The notes below the pieces were generated by a model. That model ran no database searches. It saw only the letters and a list, made by a program, of their open reading frames with translations, and was not told the origin of the DNA. This document shows positions 1-15,918 of a DNA stretch of 64,000 nt, piece after piece (positions within the stretch are counted from its first letter, which is position 1; every line of letters starts with the position of its first letter). Position numbers and translations under genes: made by a program. This stretch comes from Tubulanus polymorphus (taxonomy: Eukaryota > Animalia > Nemertea), in contig NC_134025.1 of assembly GCF_964204645.1 (NCBI RefSeq), positions 22,486,299 through 22,550,298 of the forward strand. The letters run 5' to 3'.

Positions 1-566
1 TGATAGGAAAACAAGAATTTTTAGCTAGTTCACGTATTGATTGATGCAGTTGATGGAAGATTTTTAGTGCTTAAACAATGTTTAGTTGAATTATATACAA
101 GTATAGGCATTATGGATCCCATATGTCTAGGGTTAAAAAAGAGTGGCATTTCATCATTTATATACGCTTCATTATATTCAGGTATACTACTTAATAATGA
201 TTAATTCTCTACTGTGGAACCGGGTCCAGGTGACCCAACGAGAAGTTTGAATAAACATACGACCATGTTTTAGTTTCAATATAGTTCAGTATTTTATGGA
301 AAGTTTTTAATGGTTTTCTGGTTAATGCTGCTGCGTGGTTTCAACTCAGGTTTGATAAGGGAAGATCGAATAAAGCCCACGATCTTTCACAATGGACACC
401 TTCCTTCGCACTGAAGTTTAATCATTATGTGATTATATACAATCATTTTATATGATTCAAAGTGCGAATATGATTAAATTGAAAATTCTGATGTGGATTA
501 TATCGATATCGTAGAAGAAATTTTATCACAAAAAAACTCTTTAAGAAGTATCAAGAAGCACTATAA

Positions 567-735
567 TGTGCTGCCGCGAGGCTCATCGTTAGCGGATTTT
601 TCCTCCCCTAACTTGAAAGGGCCCTGGCAATCAACGTGCTGTGACACTGTACCGTAAGGTGCTGCCGCTGTGCACATCATTAGCGGATTTTTCAAACACT
701 AATTTGATTTGACTCTGGCAATCGATGTGCCGCCT
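567..735. repeat. Diverged ~90-bp tandem repeat (about 2 copies)
   Basis: Blocks gtgctgccgc / tagcggattttt / ctggcaatc recur in the same order about 90 bp apart. Confidence 0.55.
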
Positions 736-2190
736 AGCTACACTCGTCGCTTTACCATAAAAAAAGAACAGAACTGACATGAAATTTGAGTTCTATGACT
801 TACTCGCCATAAGCAGTATTTTCTCACAATAACATAAAACCGCAAAATATATCTCTCAAATTTGATATCGTGAACGAAATGCTGTAAATATTTGGAGAAT
901 GCTCTATTCTAGGAGATTTTCATGAATTGTTGTTGATTTCAGATAAAGGTTAACCCGCAATCATCAAAGGTTTTCACAATACATGAAATTAGGGGATATC
1001 CGAAAAAGATCGAATTAAGTTTAGTTGTTTCCTGGATACAGGAGGCCTACTCCAAACATTCTGCGTACGTTCACTTCGATAAACAACGGATAACGCCCTC
1101 GCTATGCTTAAACTGGTACATTTCATTGAAATTCTACAAAAGAGAATCTTGATTTGTTAAAGAAGACTAACAAATCAAGATTCTCATAGCCCCAAATCCC
1201 GCAACCCTTTGTGTTTCAGCGGATTTTAAGTAGCTTTATCATAATTACAACAAAAAGAAATATTTGAGAGAGACGGTACATATATCAATACCATATGAGT
1301 GTCTTTGGAGCGTGAATTTGTTTACAATTGTTTACAATTAAATAGGAATTTTCTTCATCTTCAATTAGATTACATAAAATGCGGTCTTCTTGTTTTACAG
1401 GGCGGTGACGGCCTTTTTCGAATGATAAATAAGTAGATTATTCGAGAACTTTTTCTTAAACTAGCTAGAGCAGATCTCATGCTCATGCCAACTTGAGTCC
1501 GACTCGCATTGCAAGGCCGCGACCTACCGCCCAAGTGCTTGATAAAGATATATTGGCCTAAGCTGATCATTAGCAAGCTTTGTCTGGTACTGGCCGTCGA
1601 CAACAGTCCTATCAGTAATGCGGCCATTGTTATATCGCTATTAATCAACACGAATATATATGAACTTGCAAAACAAGTCTGCATTCATCCAGTCATTCCA
1701 TCACGTAACTAGCTAATAGTTTAGGGGCTCTAGACCCCAGTTTGTGATGGGGTAGCGTGATAAAGGTTATGCGAGATTATTTGAGAGGGCGAGGTGATCA
1801 GTGATCGATAGGGAGAACCTACATGGGATTTTGGCTGTGGGAAAAAAGTAGAACTACACTGGAGATTTGTCGTCTTTGTGGATGATCCATCCAACACTGC
1901 AGGATATAAAAGGCGCTTCCGGATATAAAAGATTATTTGCCGATAGATTGAAAACCAAAGTCGAACGTGTCTTGAATTAAAATACCATATAATCAAATGA
2001 TTTGATCAAGCAATTCACGTGATTCTGATTCGAGTCTAGTTTGAATTTAAAGCCTAAAATCAGTCTTCTTCCTGGAGGCTCGACGAAAACAAGTACTCAT
2101 AGAACAAGAAAACTGTTTGACGCCTTGAAAAATACCACGTAGGCTATATTTCTTAATATTGTCAACTAAATAATATAATACAAATTATGT

Positions 2191-2342
2191 TATATATTGA
2201 TGACGTGCACTTCCTCTCAAAAGTAATCATTAAAATCTATCAAAAATAGAATAAGACGTATGAATTGTAATTGATTACAAAATATACACCATATTTCACA
2301 ATTGAATTTGTCATTTTGAAACGCCAATGTTGATGACTCACA
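2191..2342 (+). repeat. Dispersed ~150-bp repeat; diverged inverted copy at ~11912-12067
   Basis: tatattgatgacgt..aattacaaaat..caattg..aaacgccaat.ttgatgac aligns by eye with the reverse complement of 11912-12067. Confidence 0.55.
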
Positions 2343-3594
2343 GAAAACCCACAAATTAATACGCATACTATATATGTTGTATATGAACATTATTGCAACG
2401 GTTTTTACGGCGTCAAAAAAGCTGCAGTACCTCGCTAGCTATCTTGGAGCAGTTACACAATATATAAGCATCGGTGAGTAATTTGTTTCTGCAATACAAT
2501 AACAGATTGCAGCGTTAACGACACCGATGAGACTGATTGTTCATTTGCATAAACGAGTTCTCGGCGAGCGTACGGTCGAATAAGCACTGATTTACCGGAA
2601 TGTCGAAATGTATCACTGCGTCGTATGCCTCTCCAGGTATCAAGTCACACTAAAACAAGAGCGCGTTGACGAATTCATTTTCTTAAAGAGTAGACGATGA
2701 AAATTGATTCGGCGATGTCGAAATAACCATGCATCCATAAAAAACGATTCATTTCAAATCAGTCTGAGTGTGAGGCAGAATAAAGATTTTCGACTGGATG
2801 TTCGTAAAACCTACCAGGAATTAGAAATTACAGCGGTCACAATTTTTGCAGTTTTTCCAAGTATTCCGGTGGAGGAAAATACATACATCAGGAAATGTAT
2901 GAGATAATTGATGAAATTTAGTCAGAAGACTGTCTGGACGTTAAGTATATCCTACAATTAGTTTTATGTGCAATTCTCGTCTTGGAATTTCAAAAAATTG
3001 GAAATCCCCCATAAATCTATCCCGATCGATATCATGATATAAATGCTCAACTGACGATATCTGAGAAAATTAGAACGTCTGAAAGCAAAAAGAGACAATC
3101 TCCACGCCCGAAATAAGACGCATTCTGAGAAAATGAGAAGATTTACTTGTTTAACTCTGGCTGAGCTTTACGGCTGAGATGGGTGCTGAATCATTTAAAC
3201 TACCCAGCTTCGTCAGACATGAACAAGATAAGAAAGCAATTAATAGTGATTTATTTGAACGGATCTCGCTCAAAAACGAGTTTCTCCGCTGAACGAGGAT
3301 TATTTTTGGTACTGACTACGGATACTAAGTGCTGTACCTATTCACCGAAACTTCCCCATGTCTTGAATCTGAAACATTGAGGGCTATAGAGACATATAGG
3401 GAAACTCCTGAATGGGCCTGGCCCATAGATTTCGACAATGTATTTACTACAGTTTAGTTCTTTCGACGGTTTCTGCACTTCCACAAATACGTTTTCAAAC
3501 TTTGATTGATAACCAACAATTATGGAATTGGTAGGGGGAGTCCAAGGTGGTAAATTTGAAGGTCTAGAAAATTTCTAACACAAAAAATCCTTAA

Positions 3595-4397
3595 AGGCTG
3601 GCTTATGCCGACAAGCGACGCGACGCCTACCGACTCCTACCGATGCAACTGAGAGCAACCGCGATCGCAGCCCAGCTTATGTCGACTGCGCTCCGATTCG
3701 CAGCAACTGAGGCCGACTAGCGGGATATGAGATCCTCCCAGTTGCTTCCCTGCTTATGTCGGTGGCGATTACTAGCAACTGCAACGGCTTAAATGGTCAC
3801 GTGATAAGCATTTTGAGAATAAATTTGAATTATTAGGAAATATATTTCTATTAGAAAAGCTATTTCTTTAAGACTTTGATCTTTCTGATTCTGTTTTGAA
3901 TACGAAGTGCTAGCGACATCTATAAAGATGGCCGCTCACACCATAATTCTACCAATTTCGTTTCTAGATCTTCGGTCCAGTCCTCTGCCGTGCTGAAGGT
4001 TTGGTTTACGTTTTGAACTACTTGAATTTGAAAGTTTATGACTAATTACGAATGACGCTGACTAGCGGTGATAATTTGTACTATGTATATGCGGTCTCTC
4101 ATTGGCTGGAACCCCTGCGCTCAGTTCCGTCGCGTCGCAGATGAGCATATGTCGGCTGCGATCGTAAGCAACTGCCCGCCTACCGTATGCCGGAGTAGAA
4201 CATGGGCAACTAGCCGGATACGGCTTGCGACGAGTCGGTAGGCGTCGGTAGGCGTCGCGTTGCCGTCGCAAGCCGGCTGATGTCGAACCGATTGAGGAGC
4301 AACTGGCGGCCTCTCGTAGGCCGCTAGTTGCCGCTAATCGGCGATAAACCCAGTTGTGTCGGTAGGCGTCGCGTTGCTTGTCGACATAAGCCAGCCT
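3595..4397. mobile_element. PIF/Harbinger-like MITE (803 bp)
   Basis: Long TIRs AGGCTGGCTTATGCCGACAAGCGACGCGACGCCTACCGAC / GTCGGTAGGCGTCGCGTTGCTTGTCGACATAAGCCAGCCT. TAA on both sides (3592-3594, 4398-4400) fits the TWA TSD of PIF/Harbinger. No transposase. Confidence 0.85.
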
Positions 4398-4528
4398 TAA
4401 GTGACCTCTTTCAATTAAGGTGATTATAAAACAAAAAGAAGTGGTATCTTCTCGTGCAAAATGATGAAAATACAATGGCATCGTCTCCCTCGATTAAAAA
4501 GGCTTCAATTAAAATTTAATTAAGAAGG

Positions 4529-4834
4529 TACGGAGGCATCCTGGGGACATTAAAAAAACTTTTTCGAGGTTAATTCTGAGTTAGTAACTCGGAATAAACT
4601 AGTTTTAACAGTTAAATGTGATTTTTGGAGATTTATTCCGAGTTTGTAACTCGGAATAAACTAGTTTTCACAGTTAAATGTGATTTTTGGAGATTTATTC
4701 GGAGTTTGTAACTCGGAATAAACTAGTTTTCTCAGTTAAATGCGATTTTTGGAAAATAGTTTATTCCGAGTTACTAACTCGGAAACAACCTCGAAAATTT
4801 TTTTTTATAGATATATCCTCAGGACGCTTCCGTA
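4529..4834. mobile_element. Non-autonomous TIR element with 6-bp TSD (IS3EU-like) and internal 62-bp tandem repeats
   Basis: TIRs TACGGAGGCATCCTGGGGA / TCCTCAGGACGCTTCCGTA. Exact AGAAGG duplication at 4523-4528 and 4835-4840. Three 62-bp units start at 4578, 4640 and 4702. Confidence 0.8.
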
Positions 4835-7800
4835 AGAAGGTCATTAAAAGATTTTAATATTCATTCACAATAAAAAATCAGATGTGCAATCATTAGATGT
4901 TCAAAACATATGATGTGCTGTTCAGTATTCCTCGGCGTAAATTACCAATGTTTGGTGCTTCTACTTTTTCTCAGGATCATTGTTTACAACATTGTATTTC
5001 ATAAAGTCTCAACTGAATCCACCTCGCGGCAAGGCGTACAAATAGGCCCTAAAATTGATAGTGGACCCCCTCCGTTTGTTGATCCCTAGATCCGCCTAAA
5101 TGTGTATATACGAATAATTCTAAAGAAGTGACAGTCTATAAACATTTGTTCACATAATTTCTCATTTCTACGATCATAATTGCTATGGACAAGTAACAGA
5201 ATATTTCACATCTTTATCAGTGACATTCTGTTCAATTCGATTAACACTTGGCACAATTCATACGTTTTCTTTTGACACGCTCCTCTGGGTCATGCAAATT
5301 ATACCAAACATGAATATTTCAAATTAAAAATCATTCGTTTTTATACATGGTACAACGATCTCTATTTATATATGCATTAGATGATAAATAACGCGCGAAT
5401 AAATCAATATCTATATATCGATACATTACTGATCACATCTTTTTCAGACAAGCCGTTAAATATTTATACCTACAACACAACAAAAAGAAAACATAAATTA
5501 TTGTTAACTCCATCATAGTATCAGAATCTTTTATAATACACATTACATGCATTTCCAATAAATGAAAAGCGTTAATCAGATGGTATCAGATTCACATTTT
5601 CAATGTTGCTTCGGCCAATGTGTGGGAAATTTGGCACCGCAAAAAAACTGAACGCGCTGAAAATTCTTCAGTGATCAACTTGACACTAATTTGACAGGCT
5701 AACCTTCCAATTAGCCCAGGTTTTCGTGTTACCAATTACCAGAAACTAATCTAGTTCCTGCCACAACGCATCAACTCAAGCTAAAACTAATACTATCCAA
5801 TCGCTGTCAATTCTGTGGAAATATTTTTTACAGGTATCACACGTTCTGACCATCAATATCGCCTGTGAAGTTTTCTTTCTTTGGTCTTCGTTAAACTACT
5901 TCCGTATACGTTAAACTTGACCGGAGTCGAATTTGTTCATTTTCGATAAGCTAAATCTGATGGAGCCACATCTAACAAAACTTTCTTCTCGAACTGGGAA
6001 ACTAGGAGGGGGGGGGGGGTTGGTGGGATATACATGTACATGGCCCGGGTTGGAAGAGGTGATAGCAGATTTGGAAAAGAAACACTATATATCAAGTTAA
6101 GAACTTACCGCCCCACCCCTCCCCGCTTCGTGTTTCCAAGCCAGAAGAAACAGAAAATTCTAAGCGATTTAGAAGTGCTAATCAGGGAGGATTTGATCAG
6201 GGGTCTGTAGTTAATGCGCTTGTTCGATCAGGGGGTATGTCAGACACATGTACTACATAGCTTCTCGCAGTGATTCATCCAAATCCCGCTTTGCATATAG
6301 TATAGTCTGTTTAATCTTCAGATTAAGAGTAAGATTTATCTGTCCGCAGGATGTAAACACACAAAGCGTTCAGCCATTTCTATTCTATTTCTATTAACGT
6401 CTAGATATGCAGTGCCTTGCAGTCGTAGGCTTATAACAAGGTTATTATAGGAGGTTCACGTAGTACGTAACAGATCCAGATTTATTAATGCTACATGACA
6501 CATGCTACAATTCATATCACAATAAACGATACAAGGATGAAACGTGGATGACAATAGAATCTCCAGCCCGCTCAATCCGCGTCGAGACATCTCTTTGTTT
6601 CAGCGGCGAATCATGCATGACACACAGATTCATTGAAATCGAGATGATTGAGGTTAGAACCTATATGAAAATCCGAATTTACAATTTACTCAGTTTCGAT
6701 ATTATCAATATAACCGGGATTTCTCCCGTTACGCCGAAATCACGGAGAATGCATGGATACTTCAGAGAATGAGGTTATACTAGGCAAATGTCAAACATGA
6801 AACATTCGCCAATTTCCTACGCATACAATTTTCCCTACACGATCAGAAAATTACGATATTTCATTGATTGATTGATGGAACTGTGCCACCTTGTTATATT
6901 CAGCAAAAATTTTCGTATACTTAATTGGCCGCTATATAATTACGTACGTCAAATGGTATACATAGATGTAAATAATCAGTATATGGACTTGTAATTGTTC
7001 GGTAATATGCTGCACATTCAGACAACAGATAAATCAACCAGTAGAAATATATGGCTGTCCATCTGTCATCAAGTATGAAGTAACGGGTAAATAAGATTTC
7101 AAAGCATCATCAGAAATCATAGATTGTCACCAATAACGATGCGTTCCAGTGAGCCCGGTTGCGAAAACATGACAAATTGTTTATCTTAACTTCAAATCGG
7201 AAATAATCGTAAACTGTGAATAAAGAATAGAAAGGGCGCGCACTTATGATGTCAGGTAAAAATGCCATTGGTAAATAAAACCCAAATGGTCTTGAAAACT
7301 GGCTAAAATTCAAAGTCAATTCCTGATATATCATGAACATCACTGATTCTTAAGTAAGATTTAACTCACAAAATGTGCAATTTGGACAAAATTTCGAAAA
7401 TATGAAGACATAGGGGTGACCTTTCAAAAGGTTTAAACGGAAAAAGGCCTTCGAAAGCGGAACTCCATAATGTTGTGTCTATGCCCCTGATGGTATCGCA
7501 TGCGTATAGGAATGCGGCGTTAATTTCACAGCTTATAGAGTGGAATTACGTGTACATTTGCTATTGAATTTTTTTTACATCCTCCTCCCTCGACTGTGAA
7601 TCCAGCTTAAGATCCCATCCATCATCTCTGTCTAGCGAGCTTTAACTGTGTAGTTCTGCGTATCTCTCCTATACAGCACCATCTTCTGCTGAAGCATGGC
7701 AATGAAATTTCTTAAGCTGGAAGAATGTAATAGTGTGTGTATGAAAATGGTATGATATGAGAATGGAGTTTTATTCGACAAAATCATAACTAACAATCAA

Positions 7801-10800
7801 ACTTAAAACAGAAAATTCATAAGTTTCATCTATAGCCAAAGTATTATTGGGACAACCTGTCATGAACTCAGCAACATGGTAGATTTCAGCGAAATTCCCA
7901 ATTCTCCCTATACATCATTAGTTTAAAAATCAAACATATCCCCAAATGAATCCGTACATTGAATAACATAGTCAAACACTCGTTTATACGCAGCAGTCTC
8001 CTCTCTCCATGGGACACTTATCGCCCAGCGGAATTTTAATCCATCATGTCTCGTCTGCTCGGAGCTCTTTTCAGTCTGCGGAATCAGCATGTGCACAGAT
8101 GTCCCCTACGATTCTGGATTCGTATTAATGGCAAATCGCATCCATCACTGAAGGCTAACCTGCCAAAATGAATTCATCATATTCACCGCATGCAATCTAT
8201 TGGAAAATAATAGCTGGTACGCCACTAATTTCGCCTTTTCAGTGACGTGCTGGAGGAGGCCAGCAATCGTTACATAGAAGCTATACTATCTGGACCGCTG
8301 TCTGAGCAATAAACCCACACCATCTGTACCCAGTGGTCAGTCAATCTGTCGCTGAACCCATGAGTTCTGTCAACATCGCCGTTAAACACTTAACTATCTA
8401 TCTGAAATTGATTTAGCAGTGAGGACAACCGACCCAGACCCCATAAATCAAACATTGCTCGCAGTATATTCCCCTAATAAAACCCGAAGTCTGAATAACA
8501 GTATCACATGGTGTGATATAATAACTGTGCTATGCAGCCCATCACATTCCCAGATAGCTGAATATAATCATAAAGGAATTAAATCCTTTTATGTCTACGT
8601 TGATTTCGTATTGTCAATTTCTCCATGCATATAGAATCGAACAATTTATTTCAAAAGCGACAGAAGGGAATTATTATACTTCTTGCAACACAAGGTGATA
8701 ATTTGGATGTTGCAAATTTTGAATCAACCGTGCAATTTAACTGACGATACAGCCGCCATTGATATTAATCAACTAATAACACACATCACAGCGCAAAGTT
8801 GCAGATCAACATTGTGCGAAGACAAAAACTAAACGTTTAATGACAACAGCGACACGCGGCAGGATATAATGGTCACCAGTGGTCATCCTGATTACTTCAT
8901 GCATCTGCATAAATTATAAACGAAGATGCAGCTGGCCACAAATTTGATGAAAGGACTTTTTTAAGATGGCTTTCATTAGCCCCTGAAAGTGGCGTATTTT
9001 TTAGGTCTATGAGAGATACTAGCCAATTAGTGCAAACGTGTAGGAGCCTCATTTGAGTGGATGATGTACAGATTAGGTGGATATCTCGGTGTGCGAGTCT
9101 TGTTTTTCGGAATTGTGGATAATCCAGACATGCAGATGAGACACGATTACAACATTTATAATCATTTCCAGCCCAGTAGGAAACCGACCACAGCTATTTC
9201 GCTATCTTTCTCTTACTCTCTATTTCTCTCTACTATTTCGCAGCGTATCTAGAATGTAGTATGGAAATTTTTCTGATCTGAAACTTATACCGACGACTGA
9301 TATAGAGAAGCGGATAGTAATAATTTGCTCTTAATTCTAAAACAATGGAAGCAACTGAATAAATACAGTTTGCAATACCGAACCAAAAGTGAATTACGGT
9401 AACTAAAAATAACAGGTTACCGAATACATTTGAGCTATACATACTTATACTTTTGCATGAAACCGGATCGACAGTTACAACATCGTCATATAAACTAATA
9501 TGTCCATAGTTTCATGTTAAAAATCACTACGAAGATCAAAGGTTTAGGAATAAAGACTATCATACCTTGTCATTTGCAAGCGGTGATCAAAGGGAATTTT
9601 GCCGATATTTCTCATTGTGCCTATGGGTGTTGTCGCTTTTGCTGCGGTGGCAAATGCAGAGTCGAAACGTGATTCACGATGACAAATGCAGATGAAAAAT
9701 CGTATTATATACCGGATAATTAATGACAATGATTATCAATTCCGAATCTTTGCTGCAAGAGACTGACTCGAGGGTAGCGAACGAACCCCTAACATTTTCG
9801 GTCAGATTAAGTCAGATTAAAAAGATTCGAGTTAAGATAGTTTGAAATTTTGATGCAATTTTCATGTTTTATTTTGGAAAATGAAAAGTAATCCTTTCTC
9901 AAATGATTTATTCGGGTACTAAAATCATATTTAAGATCCGTCCTTTTTCCAATTGGAAAGTGCCGATTTTCACGTAAAATGAGCCCGTTCTCTCGAATAA
10001 AAGTTCGGCACGGGCCTGCTGTTAGTAGATCATCAGATAAGAACAGATATGATTTCGAATTCAAATTTGTTCCTTACATTTATTTACAAATTATCATAAA
10101 TATATTAGTATTATTATTTTATTTCTTATTTTTTATTTCTTATGCATGTACCTATTAATCTATAAAATTATATCTAAAGAAATTATATTAATAATCTTGT
10201 ACATATAATGAATAAATAAATCATTCATTCATTCATTCATTATAAGATGCGATGAGACGCATTTTTGTCATTTCCACTGGTGGTAAGTGTAATTTCCTAA
10301 AATAAGACTCATCAAATAGACTCAGAGTTATTTCAGATTATTCCAGTTTATCAGTATATAAATATGCATGCATAGTTCGGATATTTCATGTTTGTTTTAT
10401 TTGCCTGAGCATAAAAAACGGCATGGTTATTAACTGCTTATTCAACTTATTAGGCGTAGTCGGAAATTGTGATGGTTATTCATCAATTCGTCTATGCATC
10501 AATATCAACTGATGGTCGATGAGATCGATGATATCTATGCGTATATTTATTGAATGCTCATAATCAGGCACAATTGTATGAATTGCAGGTAAATTACAAA
10601 AAAACGTCCGTTGAAGAACTCACTAGTCAAGTTCAAGTTCAAATTTTATTTTGTAGTTGGATCATAACAAACATGCGAAATTAACATGAAATGACGTATC
10701 ATACAAGGGCGGCTTCCTTTAGATTAGGTTGAAAATTAAGTTTAAAAAATAACCAGTCTCTTGGTCTTTGTGCACATAGGTTTCTTAAATTCAAAGGTAT

Positions 10801-13800
10801 TAGACGACTCCAATCAAACGAGGAACCCACTTCTTTGGCCGGTTGATCATTTTGGGTAAAAACTTCATTCTATATTTATAATCAACATCTATATTGATAG
10901 ATACTGAAATTTCATCAGTACGCACAACAGCCATCGCAACGTGCCAATGATTCAGCTTAATTAATCTATGCAGGTGAGAAGACATCGTACGGTGAGTCAG
11001 TCCGCAGTTTTTAGGTCTTTTTGATGATAGTTCAGCAGAGAATGATTCAATTCATCCCTGAAGCTCGGTTGATTCTATGACGGATCCATCAGCGTTTTAT
11101 CGCACACATCCAAATAACGCTATTTGTTCGGAGTTCATTCTACTACGGTTTACCATAGACGTATAATCTAGTTTATACCTAATATCTAATCTCCATTTTA
11201 GAGTTCATGGTTATGTTTGACTCCAAGGGTATATACACAGGTTCCGGTCTTCCAAACGGGAACTGGGTTTTAAGGTGGAAGTAGGAAGACTTACATATAC
11301 AAAGTGCAAGCAATTACTTGAATATATATACGACAAAACTTTATTAAATTCTGGATAATAATCAATTACATCTAGGGTGTCCAATCCAAGTTTATTCTAC
11401 AGCTTTTACTTATTCTGGATGATTATGCGATTGATATATATTCACTTCATTAAAGCATAAAATGGAACCTACTCGCTTCCAATGGCGTTATATACACATG
11501 AAATGCGGTGACCAATGGATGTCTATACGAGGATTTATTGCCTCACATTTTTCATCGCAACTCGCGCGTTGATGAGGTTTCCGTCTTGGGCATTACCGTT
11601 TCGTTGACATACGATAGCAATTGAATTTGATGCGGTAACCATAGCACCAAACGCTAATATTATTGTCCGAACAAAGAAAATAATGCATTGGCGTAATTAA
11701 TGATAAATATTTACCTAAGAGTACAGACATGCTACCCGGGAGACAGTTAATATGCCATTTGTTCGCTGCATTTTGATCTTTATTGCTAAGACTGAGGCAT
11801 GAATTTATAGAAAAGAATATGTTCCCAGATTTTGTTTCTGTTTTCTGACGCCGATTGAATTATGTTTATAAACATTGAAACCTATAAAAGGGGTGCTGTG
11901 CGAGTCGATGTGCACCACGTCATCAATATTGGCGTTTAAACATAACAAAATTACAATTGAGAATTTTGGCGTTTATTTTGTAATTAAATGTATTTCAAAA
12001 CTCTTATTTTGATACATCTTAATATGTAATTATTTTAGAGAGCATGTGCACTACGTCATCAATATATGAGGGCTAGACGGTTTGCTGGTCAATTCAATTC
12101 AATGTATTCGAATCCAAAATAACTTCATTGTTCCTTTAAATCATATGATTCATATTATGATATTATTAATTGTCGACAATATTACCCAATACATTTGTTA
12201 TATTTTCAAGGCCTCAATAAACATCCAAATTAGTTTTCTTGTAAGTAGCTACCCTCAGCTTCGGACATGTATCGAAAAGGATTGTAAATACCTCCTGGGT
12301 AAAAATCCCCTTATTCCCAAATATTCAAAGTAGGAAAAAATCCTAACTTGGTGATTTTCAAGAACATTTCAAAGCAAAATGTTTCTCCAATTTTATTCAT
12401 TTGCAATGAGACTGAAATATGTTTGCACTGTGCAATGAAATCTTTCGTTGCGATTAATTCTTAAGCAAACTGTTGAAATAAAATAAATTGTTCATTGGCA
12501 CCATCAAACCACTGCCAGCATTAAGTTTTCCGATGAATCAATCTGTACATAGAACACAACGATAGATAACACGTAGAAGAAGAATCTCACGAAGAATCAC
12601 TAAAAAGAAGGTTCAAATATGATGTGAAATCAGCTCTGAAGAACAGATGTTGATTTTAGATGGATAATGTAAATAAATCCTATCCAGGCTGTTCTATTAT
12701 GTTTCGAGAGAGGAATCTGAAAACACACATGAAATTTCGAGACTGAATTATGACGGTCGAAAATCTTGAAATCATCTGCCTGTCAAATGAATGCTCTTAT
12801 GCTAATCCATTAGCATCGTTTTTGTGAAATTCGGGGGCCACTTGGTGCATATCTCATGTTCCCCCGAAGTCACCCGTACACTTGTGCAGTTCACACTTAC
12901 GTTTGCCTATAGCGAAGGGCTATGTATGTATATTTACTATTCGATTGATTCATGAAATATAAATTCAGAGGAATCCAATATGAAAACACGATGAGAGCCT
13001 ATTCATTCAGTCACGTAAGAGGGAAAGACCTTTGTTCCGTGGTCGTCTGTGAAGTCTCGGTAGTGTATAATCGATGTATACTCGTGGTACTCGATTAATA
13101 AGTAAAATTTGTCCATAACATAATCGAAATATAAGCAAACAACCGCGAACGCATTAGCTGAAACTGTTATTGTTATTCATATATTATGACTGAATTGATG
13201 AAACGAATTATATTAAGTGTGAACGATATGTTTAAGAGCTTGATGGAAACCGTGCTAGTACATAATCGAAGACCAAATTTCTATCAAATTGCATTTCAAT
13301 TTTCGCAAAAAAAAAGGTCCACGGTTTTATGCGATGACATACATATATACTGTATTCATTTTTTTTTCAAATAGCACGCGCTACTCGTGTTTGAAAAGGG
13401 CGACGAAATAAATGTGGTATGATTTAGGAAAAAGATGGACGAATATCCATTCCACTATTCGAGATAAGACTATTAAAAACAAATATGATACTGCAAGAAA
13501 CACGAAAAAGATCGAATCCTTATAGGTACCAGACGTCGGAGGTGTAGTGATATAGGTTGCTGATAGATTTCCAGGTGTAGTGGATGATGCTGTAAATGAG
13601 TCAGCAAAGTAGTCCAATGCAGATGCACATTGAATCATTCAAGTATAGCTTTTAATCAGTTTCAGTTCGTTGTAATAGGTCAAAATTTGGAACATCATAG
13701 GAATGTAGCAACCTAGAAAACATTTTTAAATTTTCTGGTTTCATATCGTTTTTTTCTTTAAATCTAGCCAAGCTTTAACTTAAACTGAATTCAGACTGGA

Positions 13801-14745
13801 ATTAACTCCGTGGGTTAAATGAATGGACTATATATAACGAATACTCAGTCCATGGTAAAACTGGCGAGAATCTTAAAATGGAAGAAAATTCTATTCATCC
13901 ACGATAATCCGGGACGATAATAGTATTACATCAGACGAATTGCATTGATGAAGCCAAAAGGGACCAGTAGTATTAATAGCTGTTGTTGATGGGGTTCTGG
14001 TGGTTTGTTTGGTAATTGTGGCGGCAAGAGTGTAAATAGCAATGTATAAACACCTTGACAATGTTTTCCACCTTTCTTCTTTTCTATTTTGAAATATCTT
14101 AAGATGATGTCGGATGAAAAATGAAACGCAAACATAATGTATAGATATATACGACCGACCATATTTTTCCTGTCCTCTTCAAACCTGATAGGCAAATTTG
14201 TCATCAGCAAATCCATTACCTCGTTGAGATCAATTTTGACGGCTGCCAACCTCCAGATTGGAATTTGTTCGGTATAATTTTGATTGAAGTATGATGAAAG
14301 ATGATGTTAAATCGATCAGGAAATCAAAAACACTTAGTATGGTAACTCCTGAAATATTTGCAGACTTGCAGGAAATCAGTTGAATTGCTTTCCCTAACTT
14401 ACCACGAATTCATGGCCGTGATAATAAGACGAAGGCGAATGCGCCTCAATTGTGCTTCCCTAAATCAAATCGCCAAGTTAGAATGAGCGTAGAAGTGGGT
14501 TAGGGCACTTTATGTCAACCAAATTCGATCAAATTCAGGCTGATTGAACCATGAAATTTGCATCAGCCTCGGGCAAAGATGTTACAATGAAACAACGGTT
14601 TACCGGTTGAAACTATTTCACGCATCTGAACTGTGCTCTTGTAAAAAGCCACGCATTTTTATATAGAGCAAGGATAAGCTTTTGTGAGCGGTTCTCTCTC
14701 TCCAGCAGAAAACATTCGATAGCATTCGGAATATACAAACTAGTC

Positions 14746-15590
<845 letters not shown>

Positions 15591-15918
15591 GGGGGAAGAA
15601 ATCAATGATGTGAATGAATGACTTACCTGCTAATCTCAGTATATGTACAGATAAAGCTTATCTGATTTCATTCCTCTATAAACAATCATCCCAATGTACA
15701 TGGCTGCCTGGGTGATTCGGAGGTTTTCTGAAGTATATTAACAGGTAATTTCCATCGTAGGCTCACCGGCTACTCAACTTCATTTACATGATTTACACTG
15801 CGCTCGTGTATTCACGGGGCGAAAGAATTTTCGATACAACTTTTACCAGATTGTTTTCGAAAAATCGGCACAGGAATCGAGATAACCGCCCAGAAACCCT
15901 TAAACACCCATGATGATT

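Noticed and set aside
4062-4481. 139-aa ORF as a transposase or gene
   Set aside because: It lies mostly within the GC-rich arm of the Harbinger-like MITE and has no transposase motifs.
4578-4785. Regularly spaced palindromes resembling a CRISPR array
   Set aside because: The intervening sequences are near-identical, the DNA is eukaryotic, there are no cas genes, and the array sits inside a TIR element.
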